Notes: a model not told the origin generated them from the letters alone. Counted from the whole stretch's first letter, positions 25,713-41,217 are shown. The stretch: 64,000 bases of DNA, filler included, from Mitosporidium daphniae (GCF_000760515.2; 7 parts of 7 records of this genome joined end to end with filler, not necessarily neighbours in it), one strand, 5' to 3'. Made by a program: numbers and translations.

Positions 25713-26990
25713 ATGAAGATACTTACCAATTTTGCACTCATATATGTTGGATTACTTGCTCATACGGTGTCAACCCAAAAACTAGGCATTAGAGATCTTT
25801 TCCTGTTCATAGGAGACGATTTTACCCCGGAAGTATTTGAGGAACAAAATCGAGTAGCTGCAAATGAAGCCATTAAGATCATATTTTCGATTTCTAGAAA
25901 AAATCCACGCAATAAAGAATATGCCATTAGCTCAGGGGTCTACGATAAGATTATATACACAATTATACAAAGCTCTAACTTTGAGCCATCTGATCTTTAT
26001 AAGAAGGTAAAAGATCTGAAACCTTTGCCATATGATACTAACCTAAAAGTCTTTGGAGATCAGCAAAAGTCTGTCGTTTTTTATTGTGGACCTACAGTAC
26101 ATGCAATATTGTGTGAAATTTTCAAGGTCGCCTCTCCTAATCCCAAGTATAAATATTTATGGAAAGTCCTTGTTTACAACAGTGGCGATAGGTTAGAGCA
26201 TCATCCAGAATACCATGTTGGTCCAAAGATAAAATATTCACCAGTGGTCATATAGGAAGGTCCTCCCTTTCTTATAAACCAACGCTGGATTGGGGCCGCA
26301 TTGAGTTTTGGTCGACATAAAAAGCTTATCAAGAGCTTCTATCCCAGACTTTTGGGCGATTTTGATCGGCCCAATGAAATGTATGACGTTTTTATTGATT
26401 CAAAAAGAACCGGAACATGTTCCTTTTCATCTTATTACGCATATTTTACTTTTAAGCTCGGTGAGAGTCAATATAAAAAAATCTTTTCAGCTGCATCTTT
26501 AAGTGGTCTGCAGTATGTTTTATCTCAAGAATTCTCTGGTTTTGCATCGGAAAAATATCGCTACAAGTATTTAGTTTGTTTGCCTCCTCAAACTTGCCAT
26601 TTTTATTTGTGTTCGCTGAAAAAGTCTTCCACACTATTATTCAAGTACCTCTGTCAAAACCAGGAGATTTATATATTTTTACCTTTCTCAAGGCCACGTG
26701 TAAAGATGATCATTTGAACATTGAAGTCCATCATCGAGAAGTTGACCGTGCCCTGGCCTATTGGCTCGTTTTTTAAGATACTATGACATGGATATAGAAT
26801 ACGTTTCCTTGTACAATAGTGTCCCTTTTCAATTTACTGAGATTGAATCGGTTATTTTGCGAAAGATGCTCCAGGTTAAATAGCGTGATCTCGAATATCT
26901 TGTGACAAAAGCTTATCAACTTCAATTTAGAGGGAAGCTTGATAATATATTGAATGGCTATCTTTTGAATGTGACAAAAAATAGTTAATT
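25713..26990 (+). pseudogene. Disrupted gene for a putative secreted protein
   Basis: ORFs 25713-26255 and 26301-26717 are in the same frame, split by one TAG; further frameshifts and stops downstream. Confidence 0.55.
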
Positions 26991-27491
26991 ATAAGAAAAC
27001 TTGACAGATCGAAATCAAAGTTCACCTGATGCTCTGGTAAGATCAATATTTGAGGCCAATTTCTCTTTGCTGAATAACGGCAGACATCGGCCCCGATCAC
27101 AATGATACCCATTTGATAAAAGGTTGTCGAAGAATTATTGGAAATATCCTCAATAAAGTCTGGAGGGAACGCCGATAATGCAGTTATTTGCTTTGTTCAG
27201 AAGATGGGCGAATTATTGATGCATCCGCACATCCTGAGCTAGCTGATTGTAGCAGAAATCAAATGTGCTTGTGTTGATTGCGCTAGATTTTATCTTTTCA
27301 GTAATCCCGAATACAAGTAATTAACTACTTGGTGAATGAAGTGAAAAGTAGGGCGACCTGGTAATTAACTTTCAGAGTTTAATGGGTGATTTGAAGAATT
27401 ATTAAATTTAATATTTCGATTCGATGCAAAATTTTTGATGCAAAACAGAGTATAAAATGCATGCAGCTTTTTCACCAAACTTCTCGCATCA

Positions 27492-28448
27492 ATGAACATT
27501 CAAAAGATTCTACTTCTCGTAACTCTGATCGCCTTTTTTTCTCTTCCTTCAGTGGAGACTACAAATAGAGGAAGAAATAAAAATAAAACTGAAGAAGCCA
27601 AGTTTGAAGTAAAAAAACAGTTTATCAATTCAGGTGTCAAACAAGATGAAAAGCTTCTTCCGAGTATAAAGGAAATGATATTTAGCATCCGGTATCCGTT
27701 TTTCTTAATGGCTAAGACGTGGATTTTATTATGCACCCTCTATTTGGTTTTGTTTAACCCATTCATTTATAAGAAGCTCTTGACACCAGCTATTNATNAT
27801 CTCTCTGAACATGTGCGCCAGTTTAAAAACGGTACATGGCTTCAACAATTCTATAAAGCATATACTTCAATAATTACTCGGGAAATGTATCCTTTTTTTA
27901 GCGCGTTCTGTGGAGTTGTCTCGGTCTCCCTAGCTCTTCTTCTGCCCCTAAAGCCAAAAGACTCAGTTGCCCCTGTTTCTGCAGCAAAATATACATTTTC
28001 GGAATTTACATTCAAAATTTCTCGTCTAATCAACTTTTGGTTGTCCTATTTGGATTTTTGGCATATTTTTGAGCTCGCTGCTGAGAAGTGGTTGACAATT
28101 TTGACACCCTTTTTTGGTGATCAAGCTATCGAGAATATCACTTTGAAACCCTTGATGTCGATCTCTAATCTTTTTTATTCTGCGCTTGCCCTGCTAGTTT
28201 TTTATAAAAATAATGATTTTCCCAAGCTATCTTGGTTTATAAGTGAAATAAGAAGCCATTCAAAGCCAGAAAATACGATAGGTATTTTCGATCAATTAGT
28301 TACATTCTTCCATTTCGTCTTTTTGGTGATTCACCTTGTTTTCGATATTGGATTCATTTTAGTTTTTGAGTTGGGATTGTCCCTAAACTTTGTTTCCGAA
28401 ACGATTTTTAGTATCCTTTTTCTTTTTGGTCTATTTATTCTCTTCTAA
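27492..28448 (+). CDS. Hypothetical multi-pass membrane protein with signal peptide
   Basis: 318-aa intronless ORF with several hydrophobic segments; TATAAAA about 40 bp upstream. Confidence 0.6.
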   Translation: MNIQKILLLVTLIAFFSLPSVETTNRGRNKNKTEEAKFEVKKQFINSGVKQDEKLLPSIKEMIFSIRYPFFLMAKTWILLCTLYLVLFNPFIYKKLLTPAIXXLSEHVRQFKNGTWLQQFYKAYTSIITREMYPFFSAFCGVVSVSLALLLPLKPKDSVAPVSAAKYTFSEFTFKISRLINFWLSYLDFWHIFELAAEKWLTILTPFFGDQAIENITLKPLMSISNLFYSALALLVFYKNNDFPKLSWFISEIRSHSKPENTIGIFDQLVTFFHFVFLVIHLVFDIGFILVFELGLSLNFVSETIFSILFLFGLFILF

Positions 28449-31100
28449 AGCATAAGAGATGATTTCAGAATCATTTTCTAATTTGATAAGATGGATGTTC
28501 CCTAAGCGAAATGTGAAGTAGGTGAAAAAGTGCAGTCGAAAAGTCCCATCCCAAAAGAATAAATTAAAGCTTTTAAAAGCGTCAAGTGATAATCGCATAC
28601 CAAGCATTTCCCATTGTGGAATAGCTAGTTTAGGGCTACCAGGATCGCACAGCCCCATTTTAGTGAGGCGAAGCATCCATGGCCATGCACAGGCATCGTA
28701 TAATCGCTCCCAATTCCAGTATTCCAGGCATTAACCAACCCTTGCACACAGCTTTAAAAGACTTTTTCATTGCATGTGAAGGATATTTTCTCGCTAACTC
28801 ATCTGAATCTTCCACGCTCAAACATCTGTTTGACACATTTACAGAGGGCTGTCGTATCTTCATGGCATCGAATCCCATGGCATCGAATCCTATGTCATCA
28901 TATGAATCTGAATGATATGAGATCAAAGTGTTGCAAAAACGGCTCAAACAAAATTTCCGAAAAGTAGCGAAAAGATATCCGTTTGAGGGATCGAATAAAA
29001 GGGTAGTTGAATTTTATTTAGTTCCGCTCAAAAATAAGTAGATTATCAGGCCACGATGTGCTTGATTAGCGAAAAAACTTTTCTTTTGGTGAGAAAATTC
29101 AGAAAATTTATCAAAACAAATGATGGGTGTATTCTTTTTCCTTAGTTTGCCACAGGCTCGCAATGTCTTTCTACGGGAGTTGTGATTCACAAAGCGGAAG
29201 TGAAGAAAAATTCTGTACACTTGATTTGTGAGATATCTTTTTAGCGCTATACCTTTGTAATCTTGAAATTGGCGACACTGAAACCCGGATTGCTTAAAGT
29301 CTTTGAGGCCACCGGGATCAGGATCGTGTGTATTGAGGTGGCCTCACGTGTTATATAGCACAAACTTCTCTAACCCCAGGTAATAAAAGCATTAAAATGG
29401 GCTTGGTCCTTCATAAAGGGGAACGAACCTCCTTCAACAAGGCCCTAGTACAAGATGGCATGTGGCGTATGCATTGCAACGCACAGGGTTTCCCCTCCAT
29501 TTCCCTAACCCTAATGCAGGACTCGCGGCCATGTGTAACGCGCTTCAGTCCAATTTAATAATTTATAGCAATTTGGAGAAGAAGAAACTTTGTTGCTGCC
29601 TACTCAAAATTGACTGCCATTTTGAGCATTTGCTACCATCACAGCACAGCAATTAAAGCGATACATGTTCCATACATCTATCAAATTTTATAAAATGTTC
29701 TTGTTCAAATGATTAGTAGGAGGGGGCGGGTTTGGCATTACATGTGGATGCGAAGCAGAAAAGTTCTTGATTGGGTTTAATGTTACCGTTCCTGTTGATC
29801 TCGGTGTTTCCGACCATGCAGAATAAATTTGGAAGCTGTTAAAGAAAGATGAGCCAAAATGTCAATTTTCAAACACACAAGGGGATGATTTCCAACAACA
29901 AAGGCTTGATGCCAATATAGAATCTCGGCTTCTTAAATCGAAGCACAAGGTGGTAGTTACATATATTCTGCACTTGATGCTGCCATCAAGCATTTCCAAA
30001 TCAATCTGGAATAGCGCGATCGAGCTCCGGAAAGTGGCAAATAAATTGCCTTAATTTCCCAGCTGTTAAATATAAAGAGTTTAAGCACAAAACGAAGCTT
30101 TAAAGCTGCGCTTTAAGCCCTGAATTAATCCGGGTGGTCTAAGGCACCTTTTCTTTTTGCAAGGAAACTGAATTTCAGAAAAACTTTCAAATCATCAAAG
30201 CTGGAAACGCCACAATTTTCACCACAAAAATGAAGGGAAAATCACGGAAAAGGGGCATCAGTTCAAGCGTGCATCTCGGTGCACATAGGAAAATCGAGTC
30301 AAATTCAGGCACTTTCTTATAAAAAGTTTGCATCCTTTTTTGTTCCTATTTCAAAGGTAATCTCACGGATAAGCAGAAATACTCACACTAATTTGAAATA
30401 AACGCGGGTTTCATTCCATCGTGTGGCTGTCATTTATTAAGATACCCAAATATACAAGCATCATATTTGGGTCGATGATGCAGGCTAAACCAAANCTAGG
30501 TGTACTAGCTGATGCTATCCTATCTTCAGCATCCAGCTTTCATTGAGGTACCTGGTCGTAAGATCCGTGCCCGCACCAAATGGGCGAAAAAGAAACAGGT
30601 GAGAAAAGAGACAAAATATGTGGAATAGAAGTGAATATCGTGGTTCTCGAAGGCGCCATTGCTAATTTCGGAATCCAGACGCCGGTTCCGTGCAGGTTAG
30701 CGCGACGCTGAAAAATATAAAATTTTACATTCGACACATGCAATGCAAGAAACGTCAACTTTTATCCAATTTTGTAGAAATTCATCGATCTTCTTTCCCA
30801 GATCTTTAGACGTGAATCTAATATTCTCAACTCCCTAACGCCAAGGAAATTGTTTGATCACCCTTTTGATCGCATATTCTGAAGGAACCCGGGCATTTCC
30901 TTTGCACCAAAGACGAGAAATTCACGCTTCACCACCTAGCCATACCCGCCTAGCTTTCTTTTCCTTCCCAAGTTTTGCATTCCGATTTTGTTCCATCAGA
31001 NNNNNNNNNNNNNNNNNNNNNNNNNNNNNNNNNNNNNNNNNNNNTTAATTAATTAANNNNNNNNNNNNNNNNNNNNNNNNNNNNNNNNNNNNNNNNNNNN

Positions 31101-33466
31101 AAAACCGAATTTCTGAAGGCCATGCAATCCCGCGGTGGCACGGGATTGATTTTTTCTGCAAATAAAAGAAAAAGCCACAAATTAGAGGCATCTTCAGACA
31201 ATAGCCCCAACATGTGGCCAAGAATTTCGCAAACAAAGCCCAACGGGAAAGTGGTTACAATTTTGGCAAGATGATGCAGGGTGCTTGGGTTTAGTATCAA
31301 AGAGGACATGATGGACCTTATAAGGCTCAAGGAAAGTTGGTCGTCTAGCGTGAGATTGCTAAAGAAAGAAATATTTACTTCCTTGGTAATAATTCTAGGT
31401 TCTGAAAACACAGCTTTACAAAGCCCAACGCCAAAAGATGTCGATATCAAATGGAAAAGTTCCCAAAATTTGCCACTCGACATATGAGAAAGGGAATCAA
31501 GGAAGGATTTCTCGTCATCTCCTATAACGCCAGCATTTAAGCCGCCTTCTTTTAAGGCCTGTGGATGTATCACTAGCACGTTGGCAGAAATAGTGGAATT
31601 TGAAAAAACAAGTTCCACGTCAACGATAACTTTAGCGGTTTCAAGAACATAAACATTTCGGAAAAAGCTGTAAACGATATCAGGATTTTGGGAGATCCTA
31701 ACATACTTTCTAAAAGAGGTAATTTAAAATGCCATGTTACCTAAAAACAGGAGATGAATGAACATTGAATGGCCGCAGATTATCATCGCAATATATGGCC
31801 AGGAAATAAGTAAATAAATTTGTCCAAGTAATTTCGGTAAGCTCGGAAGAAAGTCGCTCCAAAACCACTATCCATTGATCGAACCGCCTATCAGAAAAAT
31901 TGAAATAGATATCGCAAATCAGAAAGAGGACAAAGTTATGGTTGTTTGCTTGCTTAAAGCAAAAAAAACCACAGTTTCCCGGTCTCGGCGTTGGCTTAAA
32001 GTGATTAATGAGAAGAGCATAGATATCGATTCTTTTGACGGGCTTTCTGGACAGCTTTATGTCTTGGAAAAAAAGAGATAAAATAACGGATATCTCAGAA
32101 TCCGCAGGTTTGGTAAATTTTATGGCCTCGAGACTATTTCTTGGTAGGGACGATGAAAAGTCCTGCCGATAAAAGAAGCATACTTTGGCTATTTGCTGAG
32201 GAGACAATGACTGAAAGTTAGCAAATCAATATGATTCACCTGCAAAGAGGTGAGGTCATCTGATATGCCAATGCTAGATAAATATTTTTGCACGAGTTCC
32301 TACACGTTAGCCAAATTAATTTGGTACGCTTTGTCCATGGTAAAGATCCCACAACACCTCGACGGCCAACAGAGGATACGATATTTTCAGAATCTCGCCA
32401 ACGAAGATAGAAATTTCACAATGGCTTGAAAAGCAGAAAATGTCAATATGTTTGCAGGCGAGCTCCCAAAATTCGGTCTATCGTTAAAGAAGTCAATTTA
32501 CTTTGAAACTGGTCGAAGGATAAACAAACTCGCTTTTCAAAATAAAAGTTGATGCCGGTATTTTAACTTGATACTTTTTATAAATGGCAAATAAAGGAGC
32601 TATTAAGGAATGCATGTCTCTAAGCGAAAGGTTACCATCCATATTTGTACCTTTGGACGGTTTTGTTTGCATTGGAGGAGAGCACTATTTGGGTGAGTAT
32701 GCTCCGAAAGACAAAGGCACAGGGAAAAGCATTGTCAAAAGTTTCAAATAAATATATCGCCGCAAGCACAAAGTCCTACGAGGGAAAAAAGAAAACTAAA
32801 CATAAGTGCCCTACTTTAGTAACACAAATTGTGGAGTTGATCCTGTACATAATATACATCAGGTGCTTTTCAATGTTTTCTGGCAAAAGCGAAAATATGT
32901 GCATGCACCACAGTGAAAATTGATCCAAAAGCATCAATAGCCTCTCGCCGCTAACAAAAGAGTCCAACTTAAATCTAGCCGATTTGAAAAGATATGAGGG
33001 AAACGCCTCTTTTTTCAATAATCTGCAAACTAGTCCCAATAAGCCGGAATCTTTTACCTTCAAGTTGCAGGTCAAATACGGCATTGAAAATTTCCGATAC
33101 AAAGGGAGAGCCTTTGTATAAATAGACATTTTGAGCCATCTCTTTCAAAGTACAAAGTAGCTTACAGGTCAGCGCATTTTGGCCCGCAAAAGCAGACCCA
33201 GAGGGCATCAATAGGGTATATTTGAACAGAGAAATTGGGTCACACATCTCATTATGCTGATTGCCGTTTATCTGCTCAGCATGCGCAAAGATTTCACCCT
33301 TGTAAATAAGAGAAATGTAGTCGAGGAATTTAGAGCAGGAATTTAAAAGGTCCGCGTGAATCAAATTTGACGTTGGATGAGTTTCAAAGAAAGAACGGAA
33401 GAATTCCTCAACAATCGAATGCAGCAAGTCTCCTTCATGTTGGCGGGGTGAGTGGGTACCATTCAT
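31101..33466 (-). CDS. Hypothetical multi-exon protein, 3' truncated by contig end
   Basis: Chain of same-strand ORFs (32975-33466, 32776-33129, 31737-32207, 31101-31618); no motif recognised. Confidence 0.5.
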
Positions 33467-33516
33467 TAATGGAATTTAAAGTCCAAATTTTTAAACTTTT
33501 TACCAGTCCACAACAA

Positions 33517-35641
<2,125 letters not shown>

Positions 35642-35831
35642 CGTATCAATAAATAAATCTGCCTAATTTTATTCCAACCCTAACTTTATTGTTGCAGCCA
35701 CATGTTGGTGGTGTTTTGATTGGTAAATTTGCGGTGGCTTGCTTATTCATCGCGATGCCAGTGTATTTTACCCGGCGAAATGGCAGCCATAAAAATGCTG
35801 GCGTTGAAAGAAAATATTTTATTCAGTATCC

Positions 35832-38800
35832 TCAATCATCTGCATCATCTGGGAGCTCTGATGGCTTCATAAGACCGGGAATTTTCATGGCCGTTTCAAG
35901 CTCAACCTTCTTTTTGCGCTCTTGCTCTAACTCTAGCTCCTCATGGAACATCTCTGCATTTTCTCCGGAAACCTCACGAAGCTGTATCAAAAAGTCCCTA
36001 ATGTGTGCCATAAGCAATTCGTGGTCTCGAAACAAGTCAAAAAGCCCACGCACAAAAATGGAGATTTGAGTTCTACAAGCATAAAAGCAAATCAATTACG
36101 AAATCAGATGGGGGAACGCCCTTGCTAGAAGCGATTTTGTATGTTCCTCAAGTGCCGATTTGCAGGCGCCCGGAACGGCGGCTCCCACATTCAAAGGGGG
36201 CGAGACAGCATCAATTAGCAATGGGAATTTGATTCTGTCTGCAGCGGCGAGCCCATAAATATGGGCCAAGATGGCACATTGCAGGTTAATTCCGGACTTG
36301 TGATCATTATCTGTGAGCACAAAAAATACGTCTCCCAGCAGCGGCAACAGGTGATTTCTATAAAATACGTTTGAAACCTAGCAATTAGCAACGAATGGGG
36401 CATTGAAACCTCCGGATCGGATTGGGAAAAGTTTTCTAGAATTTCAAGACATATTTGAAGGCCGGTGTCCGAGATATCGCGCACATTGTGTTTGAACGAC
36501 CATACAATGAAATCGATGATAAGCTTAAACTGCGCAGGCGAAAGCTTCAATAGAGCTGGTCACCGTAAAAACATAAAGCGCATACCTTGAAAGCATTTGG
36601 AGTTGACGGCTTTGATGAGGGAAAGAAGACCTAGTCGGTGCTCCGGGTATTCAGAAAAATTCTTCGTGATCATGGTCAGTGTGGATTCAAACACAGAATC
36701 AAGGATAGCAGGAACCATATCGCCAATGAAGGTGCCCAGCTTGTCAACCACAGAAGCCGTCACAAGAAGAACTTCGGATTCGCGAGCGGACTCCGTGTTG
36801 GACTTGTAATCCAAAAGGATGGTCTCAAACAGCGCCGGGGTGAAGCTCTCCGAAAGCATCTTTAAATCATCGGCATGTTCAACGTATGTGTTAACCAGAC
36901 GCAATATATCCTTTTTTACGGACCGCATACCCCGAATGACTGGGGTTTTCGTTGCGACAATTCCTAAAAATAACAAATTTAACCGGCACTACCCTTTGTA
37001 GCGACAGCGTCGGAAATTATAATGCTGACGGATCGATATAGGGCCATCATGTCCATAAAAAGACGGGCCAGCTGGTTGATAAACGAGCATCCAACGGAGG
37101 AGCAAGCAGCAGCATTGGTCTTCAGCACATTACAAAGGTGCTTGGTGGTCTCCGGAACGTGAAGAGCTTCAGGCGAATTCTTAATGTTGACAATCAGGGA
37201 GTCCCACTAGTGGTGATGAAAACATTTTCAAAAACCATTTGGTTTGGCAGAGCCATTAGTTTTTCAACAAGACGGATTCTGGCCTCCGATTCTGGACTGG
37301 ACGAAATCATATACCCAATTGCTTCGTAAAATGTATGGATCTGTTGGGGCTGAAGATCAGCAGCGGTCGACCCAAGGTTTGATATTATCTCCTCAATAAA
37401 AGGCACATGTTCCCCAGCTTGAAGCAAAATAAAGTGCCGATGGCACTTTTTTGATATTTTTATAAACGTGTCGCAAGCCATGTCCTGAACGCCTAAACGG
37501 TTGAATCAAAATCACGCAGCCATACCTTCGTGTCGTTCGTGCATGAACTCAAATAGCTTGTTTACGACGGTCTTTAAAAACTTCCAATGGGCTTTGAGAA
37601 AGCGAGGATATTGCCCCACAATATACATGATATTGGAGGCAACAACGGCCTTGTTGTCTTTTCCCTTTTTGATTTCACACAGTCCAAGCAAATCTCTAAT
37701 GACGGTCACCAGAAACCGCTTCTCAGATTCCTCATTCATGGCCCCGCTTATGGACCCTATTGCCCAACAAAGCTTGTTCAAGTTATTCCAGCTCCACTCA
37801 CTCGGATCAAACTATTAAATTTTTAGCAAAAAATGCCCTAACTTGGCGAGCGAGCTTGTCGGTCATAATATTCTCTGTATCGTCATAATCGAGATGTGTC
37901 AGTAATACCAGGCATTCTCGCATACTTTTATACAGAGTGATGGTATCGGTTTCTTTGATAAATTCGCGAACAATTTCTCCATTCTCATCTTCGACAACGA
38001 GAACCTACACAGCTTAGAATGCAAAAAAACCTCCTCAGGCTTGACCATTTTGCTTATCATAACGTGTCTTAATGAGGATAGAATGCGAGCATATGTAGCC
38101 CTTCTAGAGTTTGCTCCAATGATAGAGCCAAGTAACAATGGAGATTGTACAAAGTCGATTGGAACCTCATTATAAAGGTCCAACACAAGCTTGTTCCAAT
38201 ATTCCAGGCAGATTTTAAAGACCTCTCGATCTTCAATCAGAGAAATCTTCAATAAATAATTGTGAACCAGCTTTAAAAGCTCTGGAGAGGCCCGTTGTTC
38301 AATGGTCTACAAATATGAATGCTAAAAAAATAAACCTTCAAGTGTGAACCCAAAATCGACGTCATAAAAAGAGACATGTTTTGGATAAATTTTTGTTCAT
38401 GGTCATTGGAGTCTGCATATTTCTTGACAAGATCAAGATCGTCAGAATAAGGCACGATCTGATTTATTGCGCTCATCACGGACTGAAAAATGTGGAAAAA
38501 CTTTTCATCAAATTCAGGCTCCACTATCAAGGCGCCAATTTCTGTAAAGCACGCAATCGTTACATTTCTAAAGTAATTTGTAGGAAGAAATCGGTGGCGC
38601 AGATTGTCCACAATGTTTGTCTCAAAAATATAGCCAAGAGGAATCCATTTGAGAAAGCGAAGCAATGCCTCCAAGGTAGCCATCAGCAATGAAGGCTTTT
38701 GGCATTTCTGTAGGATTTCGGAGCACAATTGAAATATTTCGGCAAATTCTTGATTCAGCTGATTTTTCAAGTTCCTAGCACGAACGGTGGTCATTTGTTC

Positions 38801-39427
38801 AGCCGAAAAATCAAAGACCTCCTCGCTAATGCGTTAGTGAATGGGGCCAAGTAACCTCAGTAGCTTCAAGATGATCATGTTGTTTTCACAAAGGGACATG
38901 TTGGATCTGCTGGCCCCAATAATCTCCGTGATAAAAGTAGGCCATTTTTTGGGCCAATCTTGCTTCAGGATTTGCACCAAAAGTAGATTTAACTTTGATA
39001 GGAAAAGACGCTCGGCCTTTAACGAGTCTTCGGTTGATGAATTTTTAATAATGGTGGCAATGATGTAATTTTTTATGCCTAATGATAAATGGAGTGGAGG
39101 CGGTACCGTCGCATTGTTCTCTGGGCAAAACATTCCATCTTGCCTTGATAAGTTTTTCAAGAATCTGCAAAGCAAGGTACTATTAAAAGTGGTAATAAAA
39201 GGTCCCCATACTTTGGTTTGAATATTCGTCGAAGTTTCAAGAATCAAATCGACTCTCTGCCAGGCATCAGGATGATCTTGAAACTGGGTTGCTATGCATT
39301 GAGCATTTTGTCGCTATAATAAATGCCGAAATGTTACTTCTGCTCCGGTTCCGTGGAATAGTGAATACACGACTTGATCAAGAAGAGAAACGTCTAAAGG
39401 CTCTTGGAAATTGAGAATTCTCTCCAT
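35832..39427 (-). CDS. CRM1: Exportin-1, multi-exon
   Basis: [75 protein letters not shown]. Confidence 0.97.
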
Positions 39428-39513
39428 GGGAATTTTAATAAGAACTTAAAATGCAATTGCAATCTTTAAATTTAATTGAACATTGTCTTGTCTTGTAAAC
39501 AAAGTTAATGACT

Positions 39514-40579
39514 TTAATGATTACCACGGCCACCTGTGGAGTAAAAACAATTGTGCTTGAAATTTGGATCCAATTTTTCAAAACTTTGGTATTGCAGCAA
39601 ATATGAAGATAAATTGGTGTAAAATTTCTCATCCAGGTCAATTAATTGAATCGAATAATACACATCATCTTTCTCAAAGTACTTCCACACATTGAGGGAG
39701 TGAGTGGGGAAATTGGTGGATCGTACGATATTGATCAGCAAAGAGCAGTCTCTCAATGTCCTAAAGATCAGAAAAGCAGCCATTCTATCTTCCTTTGATG
39801 GATCTGTGGAGCGGCTTTCCTTGGTAAAAATATTTAAATAAGAATCTTTTAGCCGCGTCAAGTCCAAATCATGGCCCACTTGCATAGAGGTAGGATTTCC
39901 AAAAATACAACACAGCTTGTCTATTGAGCCTTGTATAAACTCCAAAATGCGAGAATGCAAAATAATGTCCGCTATAAGGTCAAAATTGACATCTTGTGCT
40001 GAAAAATGAACTTTCAAACGCAAGTTTTTTGATGCCGCTAAAGCAGAGGAAACCCCTGCACGTGACGAGGCACTAAACAAATTTAACGGGCATTGATCGC
40101 TCCTTCCCTTTAAAAATTGAATAATACAAGAGGAACACCAGCCAATCGATCCGTATTTTATAGGCTCAGGACATTTGGGCTAATTTAAACGTAAATTCGA
40201 ATGACATTCTTACTTTGAGCTCGATACACATGTCTTCATACAGCAACGAGTCAGGCAGAAAATACATAAACGAAGAAGGCTTCTTACATGCCAACGGATG
40301 TTGAGTAAAAAGCAGGTCCAAGACTTGATCGTGAATTTTATCAACATATATGGCTTTCGGGGAAAAAAAAGCAATATCATTGGCAGGAAAAAGATACGAA
40401 GACAAAAAGGATCGGTATATAAGAGGTGGAAAAATCACGTTATCGCAAACAAATTTTGGTACCCGAAGAACTAGATCACATAAGCTAGCATTTTTATAAT
40501 CTTTTTCATCGGCCGTTGCGGATGTTTTGACATATCGAAAGAGCATGTTTCGCCGACCTTCACCGACCAACGTCCACAT
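39514..40579 (-). CDS. IPK1: Inositol-pentakisphosphate 2-kinase (apparent frameshift near 40155-40162)
   Basis: WTLVGEGRRN, CIELK/PK, CSSCIIQ..CPLNLFS, FLIFRTLRDCSLLI and IDLDEK motifs. Confidence 0.78.
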
Positions 40580-40703
40580 TCGCCATTAAAAATAAATTTA
40601 CATTTGCCACTAGATTTTAATAATCACCTAATGTAAGGCTTAATTACCTTTAATGCTCCAACCCACTTGCTATTCATCCGTTGCTAAATACTAATATTAT
40701 AGG

Positions 40704-41217
40704 ATGGCAGAATCGGAACTTGATTTAAGATCTCTCCAACCAAATATTTCTAATCATAAAGGCTCAAATTTCTCCGTCAGCGTCACGGATGCTAATGACG
40801 ATCTTTCTTCAGCTTCAGACGATTCTTCCTCTGATGTAGAGTGTGCTGATAATTGTGAACACGGGGAGCATACCAACTCTCATGACGCAGCGAGAGGCCA
40901 ATCTTATTCGAGGAACGAGCGAAAAGCTAGAAAGCTAATTCTTAAACTTGGTCTTGTTCACGTTCCAGAAATCACAAGGGTTACACTTTGCCGATCAAAG
41001 AATACGGTGTTTGTTATCAGCAAACCAGAAGTCTACAAGAATCCGACCACAAATTCCTTTGTCGTCTTTGGAGAGGCAAAGGTAGAGGACCTTGGTATGG
41101 CTGCACAGGCTCAGGCAGCACGCCGTTACCAAGAACAGCAGGAGGCAATGATGAAAGATTTTCCCGTCCAATCTGCATCGGCTTTAAAGCAAATTGAAGG
41201 AGTGCAGGAGGTTGATA
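40704..41217 (+). CDS. EGD2: Nascent polypeptide-associated complex alpha, 3' truncated
   Basis: [16 protein letters not shown]...[11 protein letters not shown]...[11 protein letters not shown]. Confidence 0.93.

Noticed and set aside
24227..26990. Stop-codon reassignment or selenocysteine readthrough
   Set aside because: TAA, TAG and TGA all end conserved genes here; in-frame stops occur only in regions that also carry mixed stops or frameshifts
28861..28890. 15-bp duplication CATGGCATCGAATCC x2
   Set aside because: Real but only two copies with no context; ordinary slippage
35725..35812. U4 snRNA resemblance (TTTGCG..GTGGC, TGCTGG..TTGAAA)
   Set aside because: No k-turn 5' stem-loop, and no Sm site or 3' stem-loop before the CRM1 stop
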